Positions 46,251-55,082 of a DNA stretch of 64,000 nt are shown piece by piece. How positions within the stretch are numbered: the stretch's first letter is position 1; each line of letters starts with the position of its first letter. The stretch is from assembly GCA_963643165.1 (NCBI GenBank), contig CAVIJD010000008.1, positions 4,397 through 68,396 on the forward strand, read 5' to 3'. Origin of the DNA: a bacterium (GTDB taxonomy: Bacteria; Bacteroidota; Bacteroidia; Bacteroidales; WCHB1-69). The notes below the pieces were generated by a model that saw nothing but the letters and a program-made list of their open reading frames with translations, did not search any database and was not told where the DNA came from. Position numbers and translations under genes: made by a program.

Positions 46251-47176
46251 TAAGCTTCGCGGAGGATGTTCTGCACGACAATATCGATACGTTCATCGAA
46301 AGCCTCGCGCGTGGCATAGCCCACATGGGGCACCACGATGCAGTTGGGGGCTTTCAGCAACGGGTGTTCGGCAGGCAGCGGCGGTTCTTTCTCAAAGACA
46401 TCGATGCCGGCACCGGCAAGGCGGCCGGCCTCCAACGCTTCAGCCAGGGCATCCATATCCACCACATTGCCACGGGCCGTATTGACCAATATGGCCGACG
46501 GTTTGCACAAGCCCAGCAGGTCTTTGCTAATCAGATGATGGGTTTCGGACGTCAAAGGGACATGCAGCGAGATGATGTCGCTGTCACGCATCAGTTCCTC
46601 AAGGGGCACATACGTCACCCCCAAAGCCTTGGCCTCCGCCTTCTCGGTACGGCTCCAGGCCACCACACGGCAACCGAAATGGAGCAGCAGTTCGGCGGTG
46701 CGAAGCCCAATTGCGCCCGTGCCCACAATGCCTACCTGCTTGCCACGAAGTTCGCGCCCCAGAAAGTTGTTGCGGGTGCCGCCGCCACGGAGCGAAGCGT
46801 CTAACACCGTAATGCGGCGGTAAAGGTCAAGCATCAGGCCTATAGCCAGTTCCGCCACACCCTCGGTGGCATAGCCGGCTGCATTCACCACCTGAATGCC
46901 ATGCGCCTTGCAATAGTCCAAATCGATGTGGTCGAGACCCGTAAAGGCCACGTCCAGCATTTTGAGATGCGGACACTGCGACAAAACGGCAGCACTGACT
47001 TTAATATTGGAGACTATCACAATTTCAGCCTCCTTCATCCTTTCAACAAGGGTGCTTTCGTCCTCTTTTCTGTCACGGTAACAGCAAAAATCGTGACCAT
47101 ATTTGGCAAACTCAGCCTTTAATGCTTCGGCTTTTTCTTCACTGATGCCTATCGGCTCAACAGAAACTATCTTCAT
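46250..47176 (-). CDS. D-isomer-specific 2-hydroxyacid dehydrogenase (NAD-binding)
   Basis: Rossmann motif GIVGTGAIGLRTAELL. Catalytic-domain contexts NTARG and PHVGYATREA. Confidence 0.85.
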   Translation of the reverse strand: MKIVSVEPIGISEEKAEALKAEFAKYGHDFCCYRDRKEDESTLVERMKEAEIVIVSNIKVSAAVLSQCPHLKMLDVAFTGLDHIDLDYCKAHGIQVVNAAGYATEGVAELAIGLMLDLYRRITVLDASLRGGGTRNNFLGRELRGKQVGIVGTGAIGLRTAELLLHFGCRVVAWSRTEKAEAKALGVTYVPLEELMRDSDIISLHVPLTSETHHLISKDLLGLCKPSAILVNTARGNVVDMDALAEALEAGRLAGAGIDVFEKEPPLPAEHPLLKAPNCIVVPHVGYATREAFDERIDIVVQNILREA

Positions 47177-47214
47177 ATACTGACTATATTATAATATTGT
47201 ATAATGCCCTGGGC

Positions 47215-48084
47215 TTATCTCACTTTCACCTTTTCCACCTGAAGAACCTTGCGGTTCTGTTTGTCATAAAGGATGGCCACCACATAGCAGTTGTCCACAT
47301 TCCAGTCTTTGCCCTCAAAGCTGACTTTTGCGGCTTTGTAATAGGCGTGCCCTTTTTGCAGAACGCCATCATCTGTAAGCAGGTCGCCCCACGTGCCGTT
47401 GATGCCCGTGCGCAGCACATGGTTGTGAACATAGTCCTGCACCGTGTCGGAGTCATAGAGTTGGGGTTGAACGATATTGTCTTCAATCAGCAGCAGAGAG
47501 AGTTGCACGGGGTCGGGATAATCGGCCAGCATCGTCACCTTGGCAGTAGTCTTGAGTTCGTCCGAAAACTGGTTCACCAGTTGAACGGCGGCATAGACCG
47601 TGCGGTCGGTCTCTTTGACCAATTTTTCCCATTCCATAATGGCTGCGCCGCCGTTGTCGTCATTGCGGTCGATGACGGCAGAGGGGATGCTTTGTATATT
47701 GTAAGTTGTGCCCAAAGCATTGCCGATTTCCGTGCGGAAGTCGTACGGGAAGCCATTGTTGGGTTTAGGGTTAGCCAAGGTGGTGTAATGGACGCCCACT
47801 GCCACCAGCGTATCGCCAAAGATGCCGTGGAGCCGTTCCAGTTCCTGGTGGCCACGGGGGCAGTTGGTACAGCGGTGTCCTGTATATTCCTCAATCAAGA
47901 CCTTGCGGTAAACCGTTGCGGGGTCAACCGGGAGGAGGTCAAAAAGCGTGGTGTCATACGCTGTATGTTGCGGCACGGTGAGGTATGGGCCCTCAATGCG
48001 GTCGCAGGATGTGCCCATGACAGCGGCAAAGAGTGCCAGCACCATTATTTTATTCACTTTATTCATAAATACTTGTTTATTCAT
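47215..48084 (-). CDS. Omp28-related / thioredoxin-fold lipoprotein
   Basis: Lipobox VMGTSCD. EEYTGHRCTNCPRGH CxxC context as in Omp28-family proteins. Family call by eye only. Confidence 0.55.
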   Translation of the reverse strand: MNKQVFMNKVNKIMVLALFAAVMGTSCDRIEGPYLTVPQHTAYDTTLFDLLPVDPATVYRKVLIEEYTGHRCTNCPRGHQELERLHGIFGDTLVAVGVHYTTLANPKPNNGFPYDFRTEIGNALGTTYNIQSIPSAVIDRNDDNGGAAIMEWEKLVKETDRTVYAAVQLVNQFSDELKTTAKVTMLADYPDPVQLSLLLIEDNIVQPQLYDSDTVQDYVHNHVLRTGINGTWGDLLTDDGVLQKGHAYYKAAKVSFEGKDWNVDNCYVVAILYDKQNRKVLQVEKVKVR

Positions 48085-48090
48085 TAGACA

Positions 48091-49830
48091 TTAAAACGAT
48101 GTGGTGACAGAAAGGCCCAAGCCGTAGGAGGCGGGCACGGTACGGCACACGCCGCCGATGCAAAGGATGCCCTCCTGGGTTTTGCCGAAGTTAAGCGAGA
48201 TGCGCGTAGTGTTCCAAACGAAAGTGCCGGCGATGTTGTAATAATGGATCCTTTGTTCTTTCACCTTGTTGCCGTAGTTCCACTGGTCGCCTACAGACAC
48301 GAACCATTTGGGACTGATAGAGTATTCAAGCATGCCGTAGATCCAACTGCCCTTGTCGTCCTTGGTATAGAGGTGTTGGGCTTCGAGGCGGAGTGCGTGT
48401 ACGGGGGTCACCTTCCACTGCAGGTCGGCGGCCACCAGATGCCCGCGCATAATGCCCTCGTGTCCTTGCAATATTTCCATATTGTAAGTAATATAATTGT
48501 AAGCGAGAATGAGTTTCCACTGCTTGGTGAGGCGGCGGCTGATTTCAAAGCCGACGTCCTGATAGAGCAAATCGGGACCGAACTTGAAGAAACTGGAGGT
48601 ATAGCCGTCGGTGCCGCCGGTATTGCCGTTGAGGACTGCCTCGTCGGTAAGTTGCTTGTCGATATTATGGAAGCGAGAGTAATTGAAAGTCAAGTCGGTG
48701 CCGTACTTGCCACCAATTTTGGTTTTCTTGGGTATTCTGTAGTTCACCTGCAGTTGTGCGCCGATCTGGCTGTTAGGTTGCGAGGCGAAGCTGTAATTGC
48801 CGATCAGCTGGTAGGAGTATTGCCGGTTGATGGCGGGGATGTTGTTGATCATAAGGGTTGACGTGGTCGGGCTGGTCATACGTTGGGAGCGGAAATCCAT
48901 ATTGTCGGCGCGGATGAACGAGGCTGCAATGCCGAGTCCTTTCATCGCGTAGGTTGCCGACAGGAAAAGGGCGTTGCCTTTCCGATAGACGAATCCGTTA
49001 GAGTAATTGGGGTCTTGGCTCTTGGCCGCGTATTCGCCATCGAGTCTGAAGCCCTTGTATCCGAAGCTCAGTCGTGTAGCCCAGGTGGCCACATTTTTCG
49101 GAATCTTGTCCATAGTAATCTGGGCGGAAGAAGCGCTGTCCGTGCCGGGATAGACGGAAACGTAGATCGGGTCATCTACCTGTTCGTACTTGCTCACGAA
49201 AGAGGCGCCGGCATTGAGCATAAAGCCCTTTTCAGACAGTTTAGGGAAAAGTTCGCCGAACATCAGCTCGCCGTCGAGACCGCGCACCTGGTCGTTGCGG
49301 CCGCTATATGATTGAAAGTTGAGACGTTGCAAGCCATACACGCCTTTAAGGACAATACCCTTGTAGGGAGTAACCTTCACGCGGCCGCCCAGCAGACTGT
49401 TGTCGATGCCCAACTGCCGGTCTTCGTAGGCTCTGAGGGCCAGACCGTTGCCGAACTGCTCATAAAAGGTACCGGCGGTCACTTGGATGAAATCATTGCG
49501 GTAGTCTGCGAAGAAGTACTTGATGCCCTGCCCTTGGTAGCCGATCTTCTCAAAGTCGAGGAGCGGGAACTGGTAGAACTCGTAGCGCATGCCGGCAGAG
49601 AAGCCGCCGTTGAAATAGAGCAGGTTGAGGAAGGCGTTGGCGCGGACTTTGGAGTCCACCTTCTCGGCACCGATGAGGGAGTCGGGGATATAATACATGC
49701 CGTTGAAACCGAAGTCGCCGCTGATGCGACCGCTGCCGATCTGATGCTGAGCAAACGTAGAGCCGGCAAGAACTGTCAGGAGCAGGGCTGCCGACAGTTT
49801 AAGGAGTAGATGTCTTTTCATATATTGCAA
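48091..49830 (-). CDS. Outer-membrane beta-barrel protein (family not identified)
   Basis: Signal peptide ...LAGSTFAQ. Alternating aromatic/Gly strand pattern throughout and a C-terminal ...VTTSF (terminal Phe) OMP signature. Confidence 0.65.
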   Translation of the reverse strand: MQYMKRHLLLKLSAALLLTVLAGSTFAQHQIGSGRISGDFGFNGMYYIPDSLIGAEKVDSKVRANAFLNLLYFNGGFSAGMRYEFYQFPLLDFEKIGYQGQGIKYFFADYRNDFIQVTAGTFYEQFGNGLALRAYEDRQLGIDNSLLGGRVKVTPYKGIVLKGVYGLQRLNFQSYSGRNDQVRGLDGELMFGELFPKLSEKGFMLNAGASFVSKYEQVDDPIYVSVYPGTDSASSAQITMDKIPKNVATWATRLSFGYKGFRLDGEYAAKSQDPNYSNGFVYRKGNALFLSATYAMKGLGIAASFIRADNMDFRSQRMTSPTTSTLMINNIPAINRQYSYQLIGNYSFASQPNSQIGAQLQVNYRIPKKTKIGGKYGTDLTFNYSRFHNIDKQLTDEAVLNGNTGGTDGYTSSFFKFGPDLLYQDVGFEISRRLTKQWKLILAYNYITYNMEILQGHEGIMRGHLVAADLQWKVTPVHALRLEAQHLYTKDDKGSWIYGMLEYSISPKWFVSVGDQWNYGNKVKEQRIHYYNIAGTFVWNTTRISLNFGKTQEGILCIGGVCRTVPASYGLGLSVTTSF

Positions 49831-49843
49831 TTATACGAACCTA

Positions 49844-50374
49844 TTATTCTGCTGTCTTTTGCTCTTCGGCCAGTTTTTTCACAATCTCATAGACCTCTTT
49901 CTCGCTGCCCGGAGCGTACGAGGTGTGCTGCCAGACGATTTCGCCTTTGCCATTGAGGATGCACATATAAGGCACGTCGTTGACATTCATCGCTCTTTTG
50001 AAGTCGGAGTTGACATCGAGGAGCACGGTATATTCCCAACCTTTGCCGTTCACGAAAGGAGCGACGCGTGCCGAAGTCTTGGCGTCGTCAATAGAGACGG
50101 CATACAGTTTAACGCCGGTTTCTTCCACCCAGTCCTCGTACTCGTCGGCGATGGCGAGGAGTTCAGCGATGCAGGGTTTGCACCATGTAGCCCAGAGGCT
50201 GACGATTACGGGTTTGCCGTCATTGCTGATGTCTGCGGTGTTGAACACCTTGCCGTCGATAGTCTGGATATTCACGGATGGCAGTCCGGCGGCGGGTTTT
50301 TGCGGGTTCTGGTTCTGTGCGCCCAAAGAAAGGCACAGCGTAATTGCTGCTGCAATCAAAAAGATCTTTTTCAT
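49844..50374 (-). CDS. TlpA-like thiol:disulfide oxidoreductase
   Basis: Signal peptide plus thioredoxin active site WATWCKPC. Confidence 0.85.
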   Translation of the reverse strand: MKKIFLIAAAITLCLSLGAQNQNPQKPAAGLPSVNIQTIDGKVFNTADISNDGKPVIVSLWATWCKPCIAELLAIADEYEDWVEETGVKLYAVSIDDAKTSARVAPFVNGKGWEYTVLLDVNSDFKRAMNVNDVPYMCILNGKGEIVWQHTSYAPGSEKEVYEIVKKLAEEQKTAE

Positions 50375-51828
50375 TGTTCTTGATTTTTTATTCTGAAAAG
50401 GGGATTATTGTCTTGTTGTTCTTCTTGGGGATAACGGAGATAGAAAAAGTCGGCGAGTCCATTCCCCGGCGACGGCAGGTCGCGGCTCAGCACTTGTCCG
50501 GCCGGGGCAAGCAGCAGATAGCTCGGCAGCGTCTCGATGTGCTCCGACTGCAGCCAGTCGTAGTTGCCGTTGAAATGCCATATTGGCCACGAAAAGCGCG
50601 ATTTGTATTTTTGGCAGAAGCGGCGGTAGTCTTTGGAGTCCATGTCCACGTCAAGGCTCACAAACTGCACGCGGTCGCCGAAACGTCGGTTGAGTTCTTC
50701 CAACATTTTCATCTCCCGTATGCAATCAACGCAGTCGCTCTGAAACACATGGACAAATACATCCTTGCCGTCTCCGAACTGGCTGAACCGGGCATCCTCC
50801 CCGTTTTCGTCTTTCCAAACGCAATCGACTTTCTCTTTCGGGTCGGGTGCCAGCAGACGCAAGGCATTCTCGGCATAGAGGGCGTGTTCCGGGAAACGGG
50901 TCTCTTGGCGGAGGCTCCGGAGGATGGTCAGGAGATTGGCTCCGTCAAACTCCTCATTGCCGTACAAGTCGATGACATTGCGGATGATAGCCAACTCGCG
51001 CACCCGGTCGGAACGCAGCATGGGGTCACGTCCCAAGCCACTGAAAAGTGCCGTATAGTCGGGCTTGTCGTTGATGGCCGTGCTCAGCAATTCTTTAGGC
51101 ACATACTTTGAATTGTAGAGGTGTCCGGAATAGAAGTTGTTGAACAGCAGCATATAAGCGGGATTGTCGTACAGCACGTCATGGTCAAAGAAGCGTTCAA
51201 ACACCGACTGTCTGTCCTTGGGGAAGCACAGTCTGTCGAGGAGGCCGCAGGTATAATAGACGTACGAAGTATAGAAATTGTCGGCATCGTAATGCACGTC
51301 AAAGTCCTTGTTCAGCAGCATCATGACCGTATCATAGGCGGACTTGTCGCGGTCATAGACCAGTTTGAAGCCGTATTGGTCCATCAGTTCATTGAAATAG
51401 CGGTCAAAGCGGTTGATTTTGTAGTTAAGGTCCGCGGTATCTGTCTCATCAGCGGTCACATATAGGAAGCCGCCGTATCTTTCGGGGTTCACGAAGCCGA
51501 AGAGGGCGGTGTCGGCGGAGACATGGAAGTGGTAAGTGCGCGCGGGCACGATGAACAGTTCGGCTTTGGTGGTCCTAATGGCCAGTTGTGCCGGGCGAAT
51601 GGCGGTGGCGGCATATTGCAGGCTGAAGTGTCCGTCTCCACCTATGGTGCAGGTTGCCACCGTCTTGGGGATGCGGTTGAAGAGGTCCTCAAAAACCACT
51701 AGCCTGATCTCTTCATTCTTTGCAAATGGGGCATCGCCCTCGATGACGACAGGCTTCTGTCCTGCCGCCGCCGCTGCCGTCGTGAGGAGCAGGCACAATG
51801 CTATCCATCTGCAAAACAGGTTGTTCAT
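50371..51828 (-). CDS. Secreted protein with C-terminal thioredoxin-like domain
   Basis: Signal peptide. C-terminal VHVFQSDCVDCIREM (CxxC) in a thioredoxin-like context. 4-nt overlap with the TlpA-like gene. Confidence 0.6.
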   Translation of the reverse strand: MNNLFCRWIALCLLLTTAAAAAGQKPVVIEGDAPFAKNEEIRLVVFEDLFNRIPKTVATCTIGGDGHFSLQYAATAIRPAQLAIRTTKAELFIVPARTYHFHVSADTALFGFVNPERYGGFLYVTADETDTADLNYKINRFDRYFNELMDQYGFKLVYDRDKSAYDTVMMLLNKDFDVHYDADNFYTSYVYYTCGLLDRLCFPKDRQSVFERFFDHDVLYDNPAYMLLFNNFYSGHLYNSKYVPKELLSTAINDKPDYTALFSGLGRDPMLRSDRVRELAIIRNVIDLYGNEEFDGANLLTILRSLRQETRFPEHALYAENALRLLAPDPKEKVDCVWKDENGEDARFSQFGDGKDVFVHVFQSDCVDCIREMKMLEELNRRFGDRVQFVSLDVDMDSKDYRRFCQKYKSRFSWPIWHFNGNYDWLQSEHIETLPSYLLLAPAGQVLSRDLPSPGNGLADFFYLRYPQEEQQDNNPLFRIKNQEQ

Positions 51829-51831
51829 CTT

Positions 51832-52299
51832 CTATTCTATTTCAGGGAGTTGGTATGACACATACTGGGAATAGTCGGCGTGCAGCATCCAGAGTTCGCG
51901 CACCAGCGAAGAGGAGACGTGCCGCCACTGCGGTGACGTTGGCACAAACAGCGTTTCCACATCTGACGCCAACTGTCTGTTCACCAGGCAGATTTCCTCC
52001 TCGACCATATAGTCGGAGACATTGCGCAGGCCGCGGAGCATATAGCCGGCATTCACCTTATGGCAGAGTTCGACCGTCAGCCCCTCGTAGGCCATAATTT
52101 CCACCTTAGGTTGTTGGGCATATACGTTGCGGATCCAGTCGAGGCGTTGTTCAACAGAAAAGGCGTCCTGTTTGCGGGCATTGTGACCCACGGCGATGAC
52201 GATCTTGTCGAAAAGAGGCAAGGCTTTCCGTACAACATCTTCATGTCCCTTGGTAAACGGGCAGAACGATCCGGCAAAAACAGCAATCTTATCCATCAT
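51832..52299 (-). CDS. coaD: Pantetheine-phosphate adenylyltransferase
   Basis: AVFAGSFCPFTKGHEDVV (nucleotidyltransferase HxGH-type motif). 155 aa. Confidence 0.9.
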   Translation of the reverse strand: MMDKIAVFAGSFCPFTKGHEDVVRKALPLFDKIVIAVGHNARKQDAFSVEQRLDWIRNVYAQQPKVEIMAYEGLTVELCHKVNAGYMLRGLRNVSDYMVEEEICLVNRQLASDVETLFVPTSPQWRHVSSSLVRELWMLHADYSQYVSYQLPEIE

Positions 52300-52305
52300 C
52301 AGCCG

Positions 52306-52869
52306 TCAGTCGCGAAGGACCGTAAAATTATAGTCATCCAGAAACTTAATCAGGCGCGAGGGTTTATACTCGACCGAGTCGGCGTACGTTTGGGGCACCA
52401 CATAGTCCATCTTGGCCACAATCTCGGGGCTGATGTCCATGAACGTCCTGGGGGTAGGTTGTGCGGCCACGTTCGCGGAAGTGGAGACGATAGGCTTGCC
52501 GAGTGCCTTGATGAGGCGACGGCAGAAATCCTGCTGCACAATGCGGATAGCGATAGTGCCGTCGTCGTGAACCAGTTTTTTAGGCAAGTGCTGGGCGGTA
52601 GGATAGATAAAAGTGGTAGGGCGCGACACGTTGGCGGCGAGGTCCCAGGCAATCAGCGGGATGCGTTCCACATACATCGGCAGTCGTTCTGCCGAGTCGA
52701 GCAAGATAATCATACTCTTCTTCTCGTCGCGCTGTTTGATGCGGTATATTTTAGTCACGGCCTCTTCGTTCGTAGCATCGCAGCCGATGCCCCACACGGT
52801 GTCTGTGGGATAAAGCAGAACCTTACCCTCGCGCAGCAGTGCGGCACATTTCTCTATTTCCTGTTCCAT
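52306..52869 (-). CDS. tsaC: L-threonylcarbamoyladenylate synthase (YrdC/TsaC type)
   Basis: LLYPTDTVWGIGCDATN and STSANV motifs. ATG at 52869 (MEQEIEK) is preferred because the ORF-track extension reads through the promoter palindrome. Confidence 0.85.
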   Translation of the reverse strand: MEQEIEKCAALLREGKVLLYPTDTVWGIGCDATNEEAVTKIYRIKQRDEKKSMIILLDSAERLPMYVERIPLIAWDLAANVSRPTTFIYPTAQHLPKKLVHDDGTIAIRIVQQDFCRRLIKALGKPIVSTSANVAAQPTPRTFMDISPEIVAKMDYVVPQTYADSVEYKPSRLIKFLDDYNFTVLRD

Positions 52870-52891
52870 TCTTTTTCGGCTATTAAATATT

Positions 52892-52937
52892 GGCTGCAAA
52901 CATACAAAAAAAATGATTTTTTTGTATGTTTGCAGCC
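52892..52937. promoter_or_regulatory. Perfect 21-bp-stem palindrome carrying back-to-back -7 boxes (divergent promoter)
   Basis: GGCTGCAAACATACAAAAAAA-atga-TTTTTTTGTATGTTTGCAGCC. Each arm reads TATGTTTG (TAnnTTTG) toward its own gene: tsaC ATG 28 nt away and the YqeY-like ATG 25 nt away. Confidence 0.55.
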
Positions 52938-52956
52938 TGTAAAAAAAATCCCGGAT

Positions 52957-53406
52957 ATGAATTTGGAACAACGCATCAATGACGACATTAAAGCGGCCAT
53001 GTTAGCCCGTGAGAAAGAGAAACTGAACGCCTTGCGCGCCGTAAAGTCGGCAATTCTGCTGGCCAAGACCCAAAAAGGCGCGTCTGCCGAGATTGGCGAG
53101 GCAGAGGAAATCAAGTTGTTGAAGCAGCTGGTGAAGCAACGTCAGGACGCGGCCGACACCTACAAGGCACAAAACCGCGACGACCTGTATCAGGAAGAGA
53201 AGGCGCAACTGGACATCATTTCCGCCTATCTGCCCCAGATGATGACAGAAGAGGAGATTGAGGCCGGCCTCAAGAAGATTATGGAAGACAACGGCTTCGC
53301 CGGAATGAAAGACATGGGCAAGATGATGGGCGCCGCCACCCGCGCGTTTGCGGGCAAGGCCGACAACCGCACCGTTTCGGACATCGTGAAGCGACTTCTC
53401 TCCTAA
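52957..53406 (+). CDS. GatB/YqeY domain protein
   Basis: MNLEQRINDDIKAAMLAREKEKLNALRAVKSAI... is typical of the YqeY family (149 aa). The 448-aa ORF-track entry is an upstream extension antisense to coaD/tsaC. Confidence 0.85.
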   Translation: MNLEQRINDDIKAAMLAREKEKLNALRAVKSAILLAKTQKGASAEIGEAEEIKLLKQLVKQRQDAADTYKAQNRDDLYQEEKAQLDIISAYLPQMMTEEEIEAGLKKIMEDNGFAGMKDMGKMMGAATRAFAGKADNRTVSDIVKRLLS

Positions 53407-53427
53407 CCCAAGCCAGCAACCAGCCAG

Positions 53428-54564
53428 ATGAAGTACTACATCATAGCCGGCGAGGCGTCGGGCGACCTTCATGCCGCCAACCTGATGAAAGCCCTGAAAG
53501 TGCGCGACCCGCAGGCGGAGTTCCGCTGCTGGGGCGGCGACCTGATGGAAGCCGAGGGCGGCGACTTGGTCAAGCACTACCGCGATCTGGCCTTCATGGG
53601 TTTCTGGGAGGTCTTTGTGCACCTCAACACAATACTCCGCAACATCAAAATCTGCGAGACAGACATCCTGCTTTATGAACCGGACGCCGTCATTCTGGTT
53701 GACTATCCGGGCTTCAACCTGCGCATTGCCCGCTTTGCCAAAGAAAACGGGTTGAAAGTCATCTACTACATCTCGCCGCAGATCTGGGCCTGGAAGAAAG
53801 GGCGCATCCGTCAAATCCGCAAATACGTTGACGAGATGCTCGTCATCCTCCCGTTTGAGCAGGCGTTCTATGCCCGCAACGGCATGGAGGTGCATTATGT
53901 AGGGCATCCGCTGCTGGATGCCGTAAGCGGCGACCTGCGCGAGCAAGAGGCCGTAAAGTCGTTCCGCAGCAGCAACGGCCTTGACGGGCGCGACATCATC
54001 GCGTTGCTGCCCGGCAGCCGCAAGCAGGAGATTGCCGCCATACTGCCCCGCATGCTCAAGGTGGTGCCGTTGTTTCCGCAGTACCAGTTTGTCGTATCGA
54101 CCGTAAACTGGCAGTCTGCCGAACTATACAGCAAATATATAGGCACTTGTGACGTAAAACAGGTTTCCGGCAGTGCCTATCCGCTGCTAGCCAACGCCAA
54201 AGCCGCCATCGTAGCCTCCGGAACCGCCACCCTCGAAACGGCCATGATCGGCACGCCGCAAGTGGTCTGCTATGCCGGCAGCGAACTCTCGTACCTCATC
54301 GCCAAGAACCTCATCTCCGGCATCCGCTTCATTTCCTTGCCGAACCTTATTGCCGACAAGAAAATCGTGAGCGAACTGATACAGCACGACCTCAACACCG
54401 GCACCCTCAAAGAAGAATTGGGCCTTATAACTGAAAACCAGCCTAATATAGACCGCATAAAGGCAGACTACCGGCAGCTGTATGCCCTCTTGGGCAACGG
54501 GTCCGCCTCTGCCAAAGCCGCCGGCGTCATCATAGAAAGCCTGTCAAACACCACAAAAAATTAA
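53428..54564 (+). CDS. lpxB: Lipid-A-disaccharide synthase
   Basis: MKYYIIAGEASGDLHAANLM N-terminus and GT19 layout. 378 aa. Confidence 0.9.
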   Translation: MKYYIIAGEASGDLHAANLMKALKVRDPQAEFRCWGGDLMEAEGGDLVKHYRDLAFMGFWEVFVHLNTILRNIKICETDILLYEPDAVILVDYPGFNLRIARFAKENGLKVIYYISPQIWAWKKGRIRQIRKYVDEMLVILPFEQAFYARNGMEVHYVGHPLLDAVSGDLREQEAVKSFRSSNGLDGRDIIALLPGSRKQEIAAILPRMLKVVPLFPQYQFVVSTVNWQSAELYSKYIGTCDVKQVSGSAYPLLANAKAAIVASGTATLETAMIGTPQVVCYAGSELSYLIAKNLISGIRFISLPNLIADKKIVSELIQHDLNTGTLKEELGLITENQPNIDRIKADYRQLYALLGNGSASAKAAGVIIESLSNTTKN

Positions 54565-54621
54565 ATCCTGTTGCAACACAAAAGCATCCATATCGTTAAA
54601 ACAAAAGCACATCGCCTGAAT

Positions 54622-55068
54622 ATGAAAAAAATCATCATCTTCGCAATCATAACGTTCTCATTCGCAATATGTAATGCCGAACAGTTGTCCTTCCGTACCT
54701 ACGGTGCGGTTTCAACGGCGGCGGCATTGGCATCCGGTGACACGATCCCATTCTTCGTGCCCAATGCTTTCACCCCCAACAGTGACGGCCTCAACGAGAC
54801 CTTCCATCTCAAGTACGAAATAGAGCCGTTTGCCACCTTTTCGTTTTTCCAGATGATGATCTACGACCGTCACGGCAAACTGCTGTTCAAGTCGAACCTC
54901 AACAACCCGATGGCCGAATGGGACGGCACCGACAAGAACGGCGTCGCTTGTCCGGCCGGGGTGTATGTCTGCGTCATCAAATACCGGCTCAGCGGTGCTG
55001 AAGAGAGCGGCACTGTCGGCAAGAACGACTATATGGTATATAAGCACACCATCGCATTGCTCAGATAA
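54622..55068 (+). CDS. Small secreted protein consisting essentially of a T9SS type B C-terminal sorting domain
   Basis: Signal peptide MKKIIIFAIITFSFAICNA, then FVPNAFTPNSDGLNETF...YDRHGKLLF...WDG...G...PAGVYVC (gliding-motility-associated C-terminal domain, TIGR04131-like). Confidence 0.7.
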   Translation: MKKIIIFAIITFSFAICNAEQLSFRTYGAVSTAAALASGDTIPFFVPNAFTPNSDGLNETFHLKYEIEPFATFSFFQMMIYDRHGKLLFKSNLNNPMAEWDGTDKNGVACPAGVYVCVIKYRLSGAEESGTVGKNDYMVYKHTIALLR

Positions 55069-55082
55069 TAATTTTCCTAAAA

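Noticed and set aside
52060-53406. 448-aa ORF-track entry
   Set aside because: Only the last 149 codons (from ATG 52957) form the GatB/YqeY protein. The upstream 300 codons run antisense through coaD and tsaC and across the promoter palindrome.
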